Source of the DNA: Pseudonocardia sp.
Lineage (GTDB): Bacteria; Actinomycetota; Actinomycetes; Mycobacteriales; Pseudonocardiaceae
NCBI GenBank assembly: GCA_026785945.1
Contig: JAJAZD010000286.1
Span: forward strand, 13,063-77,062
DNA length: 64,000 bases
Direction: 5' to 3'
Shown here: piece after piece, positions 43,146-53,652 of the stretch
Layout: each line of letters starts with the position of its first letter
Numbering within the stretch: position 1 is the stretch's first letter
Notes under the pieces: model-generated
What the model was told of the DNA's origin: nothing
Database searches by the model: none
The model's input: only the letters and a program-made list of their open reading frames with translations
Program-made: the position numbers and the translations under genes

Positions 43146-44624
43146 ATGATCACAGCGGTGGTCGACCTCTTCATCGACGGGGCGTGGACCGCCGGTTCCA
43201 GCGGCACCGCCGACGTCGTCAACCCGTTCGACGCGACGGTGGTGCGAGCCGTCGACCAGGCCGGCCCCGCCGACGTCGAGCACGCGGTCGCGGCCGCCCG
43301 GACCGCGTTCGACGGCGGCCCGTGGCGCACCACGCCGGCCTCCGAGCGGGGCGCGCTGCTCCGCCGCGTCGCCGACCTGCTGATCCGTGACAAGGAGGCG
43401 ATCGCCCACACCGAGACCCTCGACACGGGGAAGACGCTCGTCGAGAGCCGCGTCGACGTCGACGACGTGACCGCCGTGTTCCGTTACTACGCCGACCTCG
43501 CCGGGGCCGACGCCGGGCGGGTCGTCGACGTCGGGCAGCCGCACGTGCTGAGCCGTGTGGTGCGCGAACCGGTCGGGGTGTGCGTCCTGATCACGCCGTG
43601 GAACTACCCGCTGCTGCAGCTGTCGTGGAAACTCGCCCCCGCACTCGCGGCCGGCAACACCTGCGTGATCAAGCCCAGCGAGGTGACGCCGCTGACGTCC
43701 GTGCTGCTGGTGCGGCTGCTCGAGGAGGCGGGCGTCCCCCGGGGCGTCGTCAACATCGTGCTCGGCGACGGCCCCACCGTCGGTGCCCCGCTCACCGAGC
43801 ACCCGGACGTCGACATGGTGTCCTTCACCGGCGGGCTCACCACCGGGCAGGCCATCATCCGCGCCTCGGCCGCGACGGTGAAGCGCGTGGCCGTCGAGCT
43901 CGGCGGCAAGAACCCCAACATCGTCTTCGCCGACACCGATTTCGACCTCGCGGTCGACTACGCACTCACCGCCGTGTTCCTGCACTCCGGTCAGGTCTGC
44001 TCCGCCGGCGCCCGGCTGATCGTGCAGGACGAGATGCACGACGACCTCGTCGCCGAGGTGGGCAGACGCGCCGACCGGATCCGGCTGGGCAACGGGCTCG
44101 ACGATGCCACCGAGTCCGGCCCGCTGGTCTCCGCCGCGCACCGAACGAAGATCGAGGGTTTCGTGGCGTCCGCGCTGGCCGGCGGCGCGCGGCTGGTGGC
44201 GGGCGGGCGGCGGCCCGAGGACCCCGACCTGCAACGGGGCTACTTCTACCGGCCCACGGTGCTCGCCGACGTCCACCGCGACATGCGCGTGATCCGCGAG
44301 GAGACGTTCGGCCCCATCCTCACCGTCGAGCGCTTCGCGGACGAGGACCAGGCGATCGCGCTCGGCAACGACACCGGCTACGGCCTCGCCGGGGCGGTGT
44401 GGACGGCCGACATGGGCCGGGCGCACCGGGTGGCGTCGGCGCTGCGGCACGGCACGGTGTGGATCAACGATTACCACCCGTACGTCCCCGCGGCGGAGTG
44501 GGGCGGGATGAAGCGGTCGGGCAACGGCCGGGAGCTGGGCCCGACGGGGCTGGCCGAGTACCAGGAGCACAAGCACGTCTGGCACAACACCGCGCCGAAG
44601 CCGATGCGGTGGTTCGCGGGCTGA
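43146..44624 (+). CDS. Aldehyde dehydrogenase (betaine-aldehyde dehydrogenase-like)
   Basis: ITPWNYP, FTGG, ELGGKNP, GQVCSAG, EETFGP. Confidence 0.9.
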   Translation: MITAVVDLFIDGAWTAGSSGTADVVNPFDATVVRAVDQAGPADVEHAVAAARTAFDGGPWRTTPASERGALLRRVADLLIRDKEAIAHTETLDTGKTLVESRVDVDDVTAVFRYYADLAGADAGRVVDVGQPHVLSRVVREPVGVCVLITPWNYPLLQLSWKLAPALAAGNTCVIKPSEVTPLTSVLLVRLLEEAGVPRGVVNIVLGDGPTVGAPLTEHPDVDMVSFTGGLTTGQAIIRASAATVKRVAVELGGKNPNIVFADTDFDLAVDYALTAVFLHSGQVCSAGARLIVQDEMHDDLVAEVGRRADRIRLGNGLDDATESGPLVSAAHRTKIEGFVASALAGGARLVAGGRRPEDPDLQRGYFYRPTVLADVHRDMRVIREETFGPILTVERFADEDQAIALGNDTGYGLAGAVWTADMGRAHRVASALRHGTVWINDYHPYVPAAEWGGMKRSGNGRELGPTGLAEYQEHKHVWHNTAPKPMRWFAG

Positions 44625-44646
44625 TCGACCCACGAGAGGTGAGGTG

Positions 44647-45614
44647 ATGAGTACGACCGAGAACCGCAAGGGTGACACCTGGTCCGGGGACCACGGGATG
44701 GCCGACTTCGGCTATGTCCGGTCGCTGGAGCGCAGCATCGGCAAGTTCGCGAGCTTCGCGGCGGGGGTCAGCTACATCTCGATCCTGACCGGCACGTTCC
44801 AGCTGTTCTACCTCGGCTACGCGTTCGGCGGCCCGGCGTACCGGTGGTCGTGGCCGCCGGTGTTCGCCGTGCAGATCATGGTCGCGCTGTGCTTCGCCGA
44901 GCTGGCCGGGCGGTGTCCGATCGCGGGCTCCATCTACAATCGGTCCAAGCGCTCGGGTCGATCCTCATCGTCTTCACGATGGCCGTGAACGCCTCCGGCG
45001 TGACGCCGATGTCCCGCATCAACAGCGCGGGGGTGTTCATCGAGCCCGTCGCCGCGGTGCTGCTGATCATCCTGCTCGCGGTGAACATCGTGAATCCGCC
45101 GACGGTGCTGTTCGACACCCAGGGCCTGGGTGAGAGCCACTCGACGGGTCACCTCGGCGCGTTCCTGGTGGCCGCGCTGGCCTCGGCCTACGTGATGTAC
45201 GGCTTCGACACCGCGAGCTCGCTGGGCGAGGAGACGGTCGACCCCCGGCGCACCGCGCCCACGGCCATCCTGCGGGCCATCATCGCGTCGTTCGTGATCG
45301 GCGGGCTCATCCCGCTGTTCGCGATCCTGGCGGCGCCGGACCTCGCCGGCCCCGGGATCGCCACGGCCGGGCTGCAGTTCATCGTGCTCGCCGTGCCGGG
45401 CTCGACCATCGGCAAGATCTTCCTGGTCACGGTCGTCATCGCCATCACCGTGTGCGCGCCGGCCGTGCACACCACCGCGATCCGGATGATGCTCGCGATG
45501 GCCCGCGACAACGCCCTGCCCGGTGGCTCGGTGCTGGCGAAGGTGCATCCGAGGTACAAGACGGGTGCCATCGTGTCGGCACGCTGCCCGAACATGCGGA
45601 GTAGCGGCCGGTGA
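44647..45614 (+). pseudogene. APC-family amino-acid permease, degraded
   Basis: CFAELA..P.AGS.Y in one frame, YGFDTASSLGEET in another; internal and C-terminal deletions; Pro/Arg inside TM helices. Confidence 0.82.
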
Positions 45615-47164
45615 ACGAGTTCGACTACGTCGTCGTCGGCGGGGGGTCGGCGGGGTGTGTGCTCGCCGCCCGACTGTCGCAGGACCCGTCGGTCACCGTG
45701 TGCCTGCTGGAGGCCGGGCCGTCCGACGTCGACGATCCGGCGATACTCCGGCTCGCCGACTGGATGGCGCTGCTCGACTCCGGCTACGACTGGGACTACC
45801 CGGTGGAGCCCCAGGAGCGCGGCAACTCCTTCCTGCGCCACGCCCGCGCCCGCGTGCTCGGCGGCTGCTCGTCGCACAACTCGTGCATCGCGTTCTGGAC
45901 GCCGCGCGAGGACCTCGACGAGTGGGCGCGAACGGGCTGCGAGGGCTGGAGCGCCGACGAGTGCTGGCCGCTGATACGGCGCCTGGAGACCAACGACGGG
46001 CCGTGGCACGGACACGGTCGGTCGGGCCCGGTGAACCTCATGCAGGTCCCGCCGGACGACCCGTGCGGCGTGGCGGTGCTGGCGGCGGCGGCGGGCGTCG
46101 GGCTGCCGACCGTCCGGTTCAACGAGGGTGTGACGGTCACCGACGGGGCCGGGTTCTTCCAGATCAACCAGTTCCCCGACGGCACGCGCGCCTCGGCGTC
46201 GGTGAGCTACCTGCACCCGGTGCTCGGGCGCCCGAACCTGGAGGTCCGCACGGGGGCGTGGGCGTCGCGGGTGATCTTCAGCGAGGAGGGCGGGCGAGCC
46301 ACCGGCGTCGAGTACCAGCAGGACATCGGCCCGGGGCGAGCGTCGGTCTCGGCCCGCCGCGAGGTGATCCTCTCGGCGGGCTCCATCGACACCCCGAAGC
46401 TGCTCATGCTCTCGGGCGTCGGCCCGGCCGGGCACCTGCGGGAGTTCGGCATCGACGTGCGGGTGGACGCACCCGGCGTCGGGTCCGACCTGGACGACCA
46501 CGTCGAGGGCCTCGTGATGTGGGACGCCGCGCGGCCGATGGTCACGCGCTCCACGCAGTGGTGGGAGATCGGCCTGTTCGCCCGCACCGCACCGGGCCTG
46601 GACCGGCCGGACCTGATGATGCACTACGGCTCGGTGCCGTTCGACCTGAACACGGTGCGCCGCGGCTACCCGACCACCGACAACGGCTTCTGCCTCACCC
46701 CGAACGTGACACGCGGCCGCTCCCGGGGCACGGTGCGGCTGCGCAGCCGCGACTTCCGCGACCGCCCCCGGGTCGACCCGCGCTACTTCACCGACCCGGC
46801 AGGTCACGACATGGGTGTGATGCTCGCCGGGGTGAAGCTCGCGCGACGGATCGGCGAGCAGCCCGCACTGCGGGAGTGGATCGCGAGGGAGCTCGCCCCC
46901 GGCCCCGACGCGGTCACCGACGACGAGCTCGTCGACTACGTCCGCACGACGCACAACACCGTCTACCACCCGGCCTGCACGGCGAAGATGGGCCCGGTGT
47001 CGGACCCGATGGCGGTGGTCGACCCGCAGCTGCGCGTCCGTGGAGTGACCGGCCTGCGGGTCGCCGACGCGTCGATCCTGCCGTTCCTCCCGGCGGTCAA
47101 CCCGAACATCACCTGCATGATGGTCGGCGAGAAGGCCGCCGAGCTGATCACTGGTAGGAGATGA
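45611..47164 (+). CDS. GMC oxidoreductase (choline oxidase-like)
   Basis: VVGGGSAG, RARVLGGCSSHNS (FAD-linked His), TVYHPACT, NPNITC. Confidence 0.9.
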   Translation: MNEFDYVVVGGGSAGCVLAARLSQDPSVTVCLLEAGPSDVDDPAILRLADWMALLDSGYDWDYPVEPQERGNSFLRHARARVLGGCSSHNSCIAFWTPREDLDEWARTGCEGWSADECWPLIRRLETNDGPWHGHGRSGPVNLMQVPPDDPCGVAVLAAAAGVGLPTVRFNEGVTVTDGAGFFQINQFPDGTRASASVSYLHPVLGRPNLEVRTGAWASRVIFSEEGGRATGVEYQQDIGPGRASVSARREVILSAGSIDTPKLLMLSGVGPAGHLREFGIDVRVDAPGVGSDLDDHVEGLVMWDAARPMVTRSTQWWEIGLFARTAPGLDRPDLMMHYGSVPFDLNTVRRGYPTTDNGFCLTPNVTRGRSRGTVRLRSRDFRDRPRVDPRYFTDPAGHDMGVMLAGVKLARRIGEQPALREWIARELAPGPDAVTDDELVDYVRTTHNTVYHPACTAKMGPVSDPMAVVDPQLRVRGVTGLRVADASILPFLPAVNPNITCMMVGEKAAELITGRR

Positions 47165-47507
47165 AGACAGGTGGGGTCGGGCCGACGTCCACCGTCTGCG
47201 CGGGCGTGAAGGTCGGGGTGTCCTCGTCCAGGAAGTTCTTCCAGCCCCGGTCCACTCCCGCTGAGCAGGACCCCGGCCGCGATCACGAGCGCGGGGCCGC
47301 GGCACCTCGGTCCGCGTGTCGTCCTGGTGCGTCGCCCGTACGGTCCCGGGTCGTCCGCTCCTGCCACCACGTCCTCGGACCGTACGGCACCGACTCGTCA
47401 CTGCGGGCCACGGGCACCGGCCTGCTCGGATGCACATCCGGACGGCACGGCGCCGGCCTGACGCGCGGCTCCCACGGCGCCCTCGGGCGTCCGGTCGCCA
47501 CCGGAGG

Positions 47508-48224
47508 TCACGGGCCCAGCAGCGCCGGCAGCTCCGCGGCCGCCGCGGCCAGGCTCGGGCCGTACCAGGTCAGCAGCCGCCCGCTGACCAGCACCGACGG
47601 TACGCCGGGGAACGCCTCGGGCCCGTCGTCCGCGGCGAAGCGGTAGGGCTCGTCGGGGAGCACGACCAGGTCGTGCTCGGGCAGCGCGGCCGGGTCGAAG
47701 CGCGGGTAGCGCTCGGGATCGCCGCCGAGGACGTTGTCGACGCCCAGGCGCGCGAGCAGCGCGCCGGTGAAGGTGTCGCGCCCGACGGCCATCCACGGCC
47801 TGCGCCAGATGGGGACCACCGCGCGCCGCCGCACGAGCGGTTCCGGAACAGCGGACCAGGCTCGCTCGGCGTCCTCGAGCCACGGCGGGCGGTCCAGTCC
47901 GCACGCGGCGAGCATCCGGGCGAGCGAGGTGAATGCGCCGTCGAGGGTGCGGACGTCGGTGACGTACACCGGGACGCCCGCGGCCCGCAGGGCGTCGAGA
48001 TCGGGGAGGCGGTTCTCCTCCTGGTTGGCCACGACCAGATCCGGTCGCAGCGCGACGATCGCGCCGACGTCGGGGTTCTTGGTGCCCTTGACCCGCACGA
48101 CGTCGAGATCGGCCGGATGGGTGCACCAGTCCGTCGCCCCGACCAGCAGACCGGGGGCGCTCAGCGCGACCGCCTCGGTCAGCGAGGGCACGATCGACAC
48201 CACCCGCCGCACCTTCGCGTTCAC
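47508..48224 (-). CDS. BtuF-like helical-backbone metal/cobalamin receptor without signal peptide
   Basis: RVVSIVPSLTE, VGATDWC, ALRPDLVVANQEEN, VSGRLLTWYG. Confidence 0.8.
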   Translation of the reverse strand: MNAKVRRVVSIVPSLTEAVALSAPGLLVGATDWCTHPADLDVVRVKGTKNPDVGAIVALRPDLVVANQEENRLPDLDALRAAGVPVYVTDVRTLDGAFTSLARMLAACGLDRPPWLEDAERAWSAVPEPLVRRRAVVPIWRRPWMAVGRDTFTGALLARLGVDNVLGGDPERYPRFDPAALPEHDLVVLPDEPYRFAADDGPEAFPGVPSVLVSGRLLTWYGPSLAAAAAELPALLGP

Positions 48225-48238
48225 GCCGACCCCCCGGG

Positions 48239-48293
48239 GTTCAGGAAAGCCACTTTCACGCCCCCACAGGGCAGGAACGTGGCTTTCCTGAAC
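48239..48293. repeat. REP-like hairpin / possible terminator
   Basis: Perfect 15-bp inverted repeat GTTCAGGAAAGCCAC ... GTGGCTTTCCTGAAC, 25-nt loop. Confidence 0.7.
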
Positions 48294-48320
48294 TCGGGTG
48301 GGGTCGCTCGCGGGCGGGGT

Positions 48321-51300
48321 TCACATGTTGCGGCGGTATTGGCCGCCCACTTCGAAGAGCGCGTCCGTCAGCTGGCCCAGGCTGCAGACCCGGGCGGCGC
48401 GCATCAGCTCGTCGAAGGCGTTGCCGTCGCCCGTGGCCACGTCCTGCAGGCGCCGGACGGCCACCTCGGCCTGGCTCTTGTGGCGCGACCGGAAGTCGGC
48501 GAGGCGGGCGAGCTGGCTCTGCTTCTCGGCCTCGGTGGCGCGGGCCAGCTCGATCTCGTGGGGCGCCTGCCCGGACTCGGGCTTCACGAACGTGTTGACG
48601 CCGATGATCGGCAGCGTGCCGTCGTGCTTGCGGTGCTCGTAGAGCATCGACTCGTCCTGGATGCGGCCGCGCTGGTAGCCGGTCTCCATCGCGCCCAGCA
48701 CCCCGCCACGCTCGGAGATGCGGTCGAACTCGGTCAGCACGGCCTCCTCGACGAGGTCGGTGAGCTCGTCGATGACGAAGGAACCCTGCAGCGGGTTCTC
48801 GTTCATCGACAGGCCCCACTCACGGTTGATGATCAGCTGGATCGCCATCGCGCGCCGCACCGACTCGGTCGTGGGGGTGGTCACGGCCTCGTCGTAGGCG
48901 TTGGTGTGCAGGGAGTTCGCGTTGTCGTAGAGCGCGCAGAGCGCCTGCAGCGTCGTCCGGATGTCGTTGAAGTTCATCTCCTGCGCGTGCAGCGACCGGC
49001 CGGAGGTCTGCACGTGGTACTTGAGCTTCTGCGACCGCTCGTTCGCACCGTAGCGATCCCTCATGACGACCGCCCAGATGCGCCGCGCCACCCGGCCGAT
49101 CACCGAGTACTCGGCGTCCATGCCGTTGGAGAAGAAGAACGACAGGTTCGGAGCGAAGTCGTCGACGTCCATGCCGCGGGCGAGGTAGCTCTCGACGAAG
49201 GTGAACCCGTTGGAGAGCGTGAAGGCGAGCTGGCTGATCGGGTTGGCCCCGGCCTCGGCGATGTGGTAGCCGGAGATCGAGACGGAGTAGAAGTTGCGCA
49301 CCTTGTGCGCGATGAACCACTCCTGGATGTCGGCCATCATCCGCAGCGAGAACTCGGTGGAGAAGATGCAGGTGTTCTGGCCCTGGTCCTCCTTGAGGAT
49401 GTCGGCCTGCACCGTGCCGCGCACGTTGGCCAGCGCGAACGCCGTGAGCTCCTCGTGCTCGGCGGCGGACGGGGCCCGGCCGTGCTCGGCCTCGAACCTC
49501 GCCACCTGCTGATCGATGGCCGTGTTCAGGTAGAACGCCAGGATCGTCGGGGCCGGACCGTTGATCGTCATCGACACCGAGGTGGTCGGCGAGGTGAGGT
49601 CGAACCCGCCGTAGAGGACCTTCATGTCCTCCAGCGTCGCGATCGAGACCCCCGACGTGCCGACCTTGCCGTAGACGTCGGGACGGGTCCCGGGGTCGCG
49701 CCCGTAGAGCGTCACGGAGTCGAACGCCGTGGAGAGGCGCTTGGCGTCGGAGTCGGCGGAGAGCAGCTGGAAACGCCGGTTGGTGCGGAACGCGTCACCC
49801 TCACCGGCGAACATGCGTGCGGGATCCTCGCCCTCGCGCTTGAACGCGAACACGCCGGCCGTGAACGGGAACGTCCCGGGCAGGTTCTCCCGCCGCAGGA
49901 AACGCAGGAGCTCGGCGTCCTCGGTGTAGGGCGGCAGCGACACCCGGCGCACCGTGTTGCCCGAGAGCGTCTCGCGGGTGAGCTGCGTGCGCAGTTCGCG
50001 GTCGCGGATCCGGACGACCATCTCGTCACCGGAGTAGGCCTCGACGACGGCGGGCCACCCGTCCAGCAGCGCGGCCGCGTCGGTGTGCAGCGCCTGCTCG
50101 GCCTTCTCGACGAGGTCGACGATCCCGCCGGGTTCGGCTCCCGCCGCCTCCAGCGCCGCGCGAGCCGTGCGCAGGTGGTGGCGCCGCCGCGCGGCGTCGA
50201 CGTGGACGGCGGTGTCGTCGTGGTAGCTGCGGAGCGTCGCGGCGATGTCGGACAGGTACCTCGTGCGGTGCGCCGGGATGACCGCCGTGTGGTCCGACGA
50301 CGTCCGGCGTTCGGTACGGGGCAGCCGTCCCTCGCCCGTCACCAGCCCGTTCTCCGCCAGCAGGGCCAGGAGGTGCTGGTAGAGCGCCGTCACCCCGTCG
50401 TCGTTGAAGGTCGCCGCGCTGGTGCCGAAGACCGGCATGTCCTCCCACGACGATCCGAACGCCTCGCGGTTGCGGACGAGTTGGCGCCCGACGTCGCGGC
50501 GGGCGTCCTCGGCGCCGCGCCGCTCGAACTTGTTGATCGCGACGGTGTCGGCGAAGTCCAGCATGTCGATCTTCTCGAGCTGCGACGCGGCGCCGAACTC
50601 GGGTGTCATCACATACAGCGAGCGGTCGACGAACGGGACTATGGCGGCGTCACCCTGCCCGATGCCGGGGGTCTCGACGATCACCAGGTCGAACCCGGCC
50701 GCCCTGAGCACGGAGATCATGTCGCCGAGGTGCGCGGGCAGCCGCCCGTCGGTGCCGCGCGTCGCCATGGAACGGAAGAAGACCTGCTCGCCCGTCAGGC
50801 TGTTCATCCGGATCCGGTCGCCGAGCAGAGCCCCGCCGCCCTTGCGCCGCGTGGGATCGACGGCGAGGACGGCGATGCGGAGCTTGTCCTCCTGGTCGAG
50901 GCGGAACCGGCGCACCAGCTCGTCGGTCAGCGAGCTCTTGCCCGAACCGCCGGTGCCGGTGATGCCGAGCACGGGGACGGGTCGGCGTGGCGTCAGGTCC
51001 AGACCGGCCGGCAGGTGGCCGGTCTCGGCGAGGGTGAGCGTGCGCGCCAGCGTGGCCGGTTCGCCGGCGAACAGGCCGTCGAAGGACGCGGGGAGCTCCG
51101 CCGCCAGGTCGACGTCACACTCCCGGACCATGATGTTGATCATCCCTGGGAGTCCGAGGCGCTGGCCGTCCTCGGGGGAGAAGATGCGGGACACCCCGCG
51201 GGCGTGCAGCAGCTCGATCTCGGCCGGGACGATGACGCCGCCGCCCCCGCCGTACACCTTGACGTGCCCGGCGCCACGCTCGCGCAGCAGCTCCACCAGG

Positions 51301-51539
51301 TAGGTGAAGTACTCGACGTGCCCGCCCTGGTACGAGCTGATCGCGACGCCCTGCACGTCCTCCTGCACCGCCGCGGACACCACCTCGTCGACGGAGCGGT
51401 TGTGGCCCAGATGCACCACCTCGGCGCCCTGACGCTGCAGGATCCGGCGCATGATGTTGATGGCGGCGTCGTGCCCGTCGAACAGGCTCGCGGCGGTGAC
51501 GAACCGCAGCGGGTGGGTGGGGACGTGCAGCTCGACCAT
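48321..51539 (-). CDS. icmF: Fused isobutyryl-CoA mutase / G-protein chaperone
   Basis: B12-binding FDGHDAAIN, MeaB-like GTGGSGKSS, VETPGIGQ, mutase RMFAGEG (Phe variant), SGYHIAEAG; about 1072 aa. Confidence 0.95.
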   Translation of the reverse strand: MVELHVPTHPLRFVTAASLFDGHDAAINIMRRILQRQGAEVVHLGHNRSVDEVVSAAVQEDVQGVAISSYQGGHVEYFTYLVELLRERGAGHVKVYGGGGGVIVPAEIELLHARGVSRIFSPEDGQRLGLPGMINIMVRECDVDLAAELPASFDGLFAGEPATLARTLTLAETGHLPAGLDLTPRRPVPVLGITGTGGSGKSSLTDELVRRFRLDQEDKLRIAVLAVDPTRRKGGGALLGDRIRMNSLTGEQVFFRSMATRGTDGRLPAHLGDMISVLRAAGFDLVIVETPGIGQGDAAIVPFVDRSLYVMTPEFGAASQLEKIDMLDFADTVAINKFERRGAEDARRDVGRQLVRNREAFGSSWEDMPVFGTSAATFNDDGVTALYQHLLALLAENGLVTGEGRLPRTERRTSSDHTAVIPAHRTRYLSDIAATLRSYHDDTAVHVDAARRRHHLRTARAALEAAGAEPGGIVDLVEKAEQALHTDAAALLDGWPAVVEAYSGDEMVVRIRDRELRTQLTRETLSGNTVRRVSLPPYTEDAELLRFLRRENLPGTFPFTAGVFAFKREGEDPARMFAGEGDAFRTNRRFQLLSADSDAKRLSTAFDSVTLYGRDPGTRPDVYGKVGTSGVSIATLEDMKVLYGGFDLTSPTTSVSMTINGPAPTILAFYLNTAIDQQVARFEAEHGRAPSAAEHEELTAFALANVRGTVQADILKEDQGQNTCIFSTEFSLRMMADIQEWFIAHKVRNFYSVSISGYHIAEAGANPISQLAFTLSNGFTFVESYLARGMDVDDFAPNLSFFFSNGMDAEYSVIGRVARRIWAVVMRDRYGANERSQKLKYHVQTSGRSLHAQEMNFNDIRTTLQALCALYDNANSLHTNAYDEAVTTPTTESVRRAMAIQLIINREWGLSMNENPLQGSFVIDELTDLVEEAVLTEFDRISERGGVLGAMETGYQRGRIQDESMLYEHRKHDGTLPIIGVNTFVKPESGQAPHEIELARATEAEKQSQLARLADFRSRHKSQAEVAVRRLQDVATGDGNAFDELMRAARVCSLGQLTDALFEVGGQYRRNM

Positions 51540-51669
51540 GCGGATGTCCTCTCGCCGTGGGGCGCCCACGGCGCCGTCGGGACGCTCGGACGACCATCCC
51601 GACGATTTAGTTTGACATCCTAGTATCGGACGTACAAGCGATACCGGAGGTGATGGGCAGGATCCGTGG

Positions 51670-52092
51670 TTACGCGGCGCGGCCCCTGGCCCGGGCCGTC
51701 ACCTTCGCGATCTTGGTGGTCGGCGGGTCGATCGCCGCGGACTGGACGGTCGAGCGCCAGGCACCCGTCGAGTGGATCCCGTCGGGGTGCTGCTGCGCGG
51801 CCGCCTGCCGGGCGGCCGGACCCTCGATGAGGACGGCCGCCGTATCGGCCACCGCCCCACCGGTCGAGCCGACGGCGGCCGCGGCCGCATCGGCCCGCAG
51901 CTCACGGAGGCGGTGTGCACCGGTGGAGAAGAGACCGCCGATCACGACCAGCAGCGCGCCCGACGCGACGATGGTGCCGACCGCCGTCTCGGGGGCCACG
52001 ATCACCAGGACGAACGAGACGGCCGGCCACCACAGCAGCGCCCGCAGGGGCGTGGGAACCGACCATTCCCGAGTCTTCGAACCCATATGCAC
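51670..52092 (-). CDS. Hypothetical small membrane protein
   Basis: Two hydrophobic segments, Ala-rich tail; no family recognised. Confidence 0.35.
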   Translation of the reverse strand: MHMGSKTREWSVPTPLRALLWWPAVSFVLVIVAPETAVGTIVASGALLVVIGGLFSTGAHRLRELRADAAAAAVGSTGGAVADTAAVLIEGPAARQAAAQQHPDGIHSTGAWRSTVQSAAIDPPTTKIAKVTARARGRAA

Positions 52093-52354
52093 TTCCTACC
52101 GGATCGTGTTCGCGCCCGCGCGGGGGCGGACAAGGACGCCTACGTCAAGGGACGTGAGGTTGGTGTTGGGGCGGGTCTCGCCGCCGTACCCCGCTACCCC
52201 GGAGGCGCTCTCGCGTCCCGCAGTGCGAGGAGGCCGCCGGTGTGGCCCCCTGCGAGGAGCACGGAGCGGAGTCGACGCACAGCCATAATCTAAGGCCATC
52301 GGATGATCGGGTGACGCCGGGTCGGGCAACGGCCGGTGAACGGTCTCGGGCGTC

Positions 52355-53110
52355 GTGACGGAGGGTCTAACCTTCGGCCGTGTGGACCATGCCGCTGCGC
52401 TGATCGAGCAGAATCGACTCCTCGGCCAACTCGTTCGCGCCGCCGAGCCCTCGACTCCGGTGCCGACCTGCCCGGAGTGGACGATGCGGAAGCTCGTCAC
52501 TCACGTCGGGCGCGGTGACCGGTGGGTGGCGACGATCGTCCGGGAGCGGGCGTCGGGATACGTCGACATCCGCACCGTGCCCGACGGGACGCCCCCGGCC
52601 GACGCGGGCGGCAGCGTCGACTGGTTGCACGCCGGCGCCCGGTCGGTCCTCGACGCGGTGGAGTCGATCGGCGCCGACACCCCGGTCTGGACGTTCACCG
52701 GCCAGCAGCCGGCGTCGTGGTGGGTGCGCCGGCGTCTGCACGAGACCGCTGTCCACCGCGCCGATGCCGCGTTCGCCCTCGACGCTCCGTACGACCTGGC
52801 GCCCGACCTGGCGGCCGACGGGGTGTCGGAGTGGCTGACGCTGCTCGCCGCGCGTCCCGCGGAGGCCGGTCCGGCCGCACTGGACGACGGCGTGACACTG
52901 CACCTGCACGCCACCGATTCCGAGGGGGAGTGGCTCGTCCGCGGTGACGGCGGGCGCGTGACGTGGGAGCACGGGCACGCGAAGGGGCCCGCCGCGGTCC
53001 GGGGCCGTGCCCTCGACCTGCTGCTCGCCGCCGTCGGTCGCCCCGCCGAGGTGGAGGTCCTCGGCGAGAGGACGCTGTGGGACACCTGGCTGGACCGCAC
53101 CCGCTTCTAG
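52355..53110 (+). CDS. Mycothiol-dependent maleylpyruvate isomerase-family (MDMPI) protein
   Basis: PVPTCPEWT..LVTH, RRRLHETAVHRADA, DGVSEW, SCP2-like C-terminus. Confidence 0.85.
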   Translation: MTEGLTFGRVDHAAALIEQNRLLGQLVRAAEPSTPVPTCPEWTMRKLVTHVGRGDRWVATIVRERASGYVDIRTVPDGTPPADAGGSVDWLHAGARSVLDAVESIGADTPVWTFTGQQPASWWVRRRLHETAVHRADAAFALDAPYDLAPDLAADGVSEWLTLLAARPAEAGPAALDDGVTLHLHATDSEGEWLVRGDGGRVTWEHGHAKGPAAVRGRALDLLLAAVGRPAEVEVLGERTLWDTWLDRTRF

Positions 53111-53127
53111 CCACGGGGGTTGTTCGG

Positions 53128-53652
53128 CTATCCCAGGTCGTCCGCGAGGAGGTCCATCAGGAGGCCGTCGTGCCACGTGCCGTCGGTGCTGCGCTCGTAG
53201 TTCCGCATCACCCCGACGGGGCGGAACCCGGCACGCGCGCAGCTGCGGATGGCGCGCTCGTTGTGCGCGGCGGGGTCGATCACGACCCGGTGATGGCCGC
53301 GGGAGAACAGGTACTGCGCCGTCGTCCGCATCGCGTCACAGCCCAGGCCCTGGCTCTGGTGGTCGGGATGGACCGCGAGGTCGATCGCGGCGTGCCGGTG
53401 GTCGGGGTCGGTCTCCTCGCGGTAGATGATCAGCCCGACGACCTCGCCGGCCAGCTCGATCGCGTAGCAGTGCGGGCCGAGCAACTCGCGGCGGACGCGG
53501 GTGAGGTCGTAGCCGCCCCACCATCTCGCGATCTCGGGGTGGCCGAGGATCTCCAGGAACACCGGCACGTGTGCCGCGGAGGTCGGGCGCAGGATCACGG
53601 TCTGGCCCGCGATCGCGGCCGGCGCGGATGGTTGGACCACGGGGTCGGTCAC
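53128..53652 (-). CDS. GNAT acetyltransferase (AAC(6')-Ib/RimL-like)
   Basis: IARWWG, AAIDLAVHP..Q.QGLG, RVVIDPAAHNERAIR; GTGA overlap with phoD-like stop. Confidence 0.85.
   Translation of the reverse strand: MTDPVVQPSAPAAIAGQTVILRPTSAAHVPVFLEILGHPEIARWWGGYDLTRVRRELLGPHCYAIELAGEVVGLIIYREETDPDHRHAAIDLAVHPDHQSQGLGCDAMRTTAQYLFSRGHHRVVIDPAAHNERAIRSCARAGFRPVGVMRNYERSTDGTWHDGLLMDLLADDLG

Noticed and set aside
47165-47500. Possible minus-strand membrane-protein remnant (VIAAGVLLSG / DRGWKNFLDE)
   Set aside because: Too short and frameshifted to assign.
51540-51660. Cobalamin riboswitch upstream of icmF
   Set aside because: No B12-box seen and region is short; only a weak palindrome TAGTTTGACATCCTAGTA, too degenerate to call.
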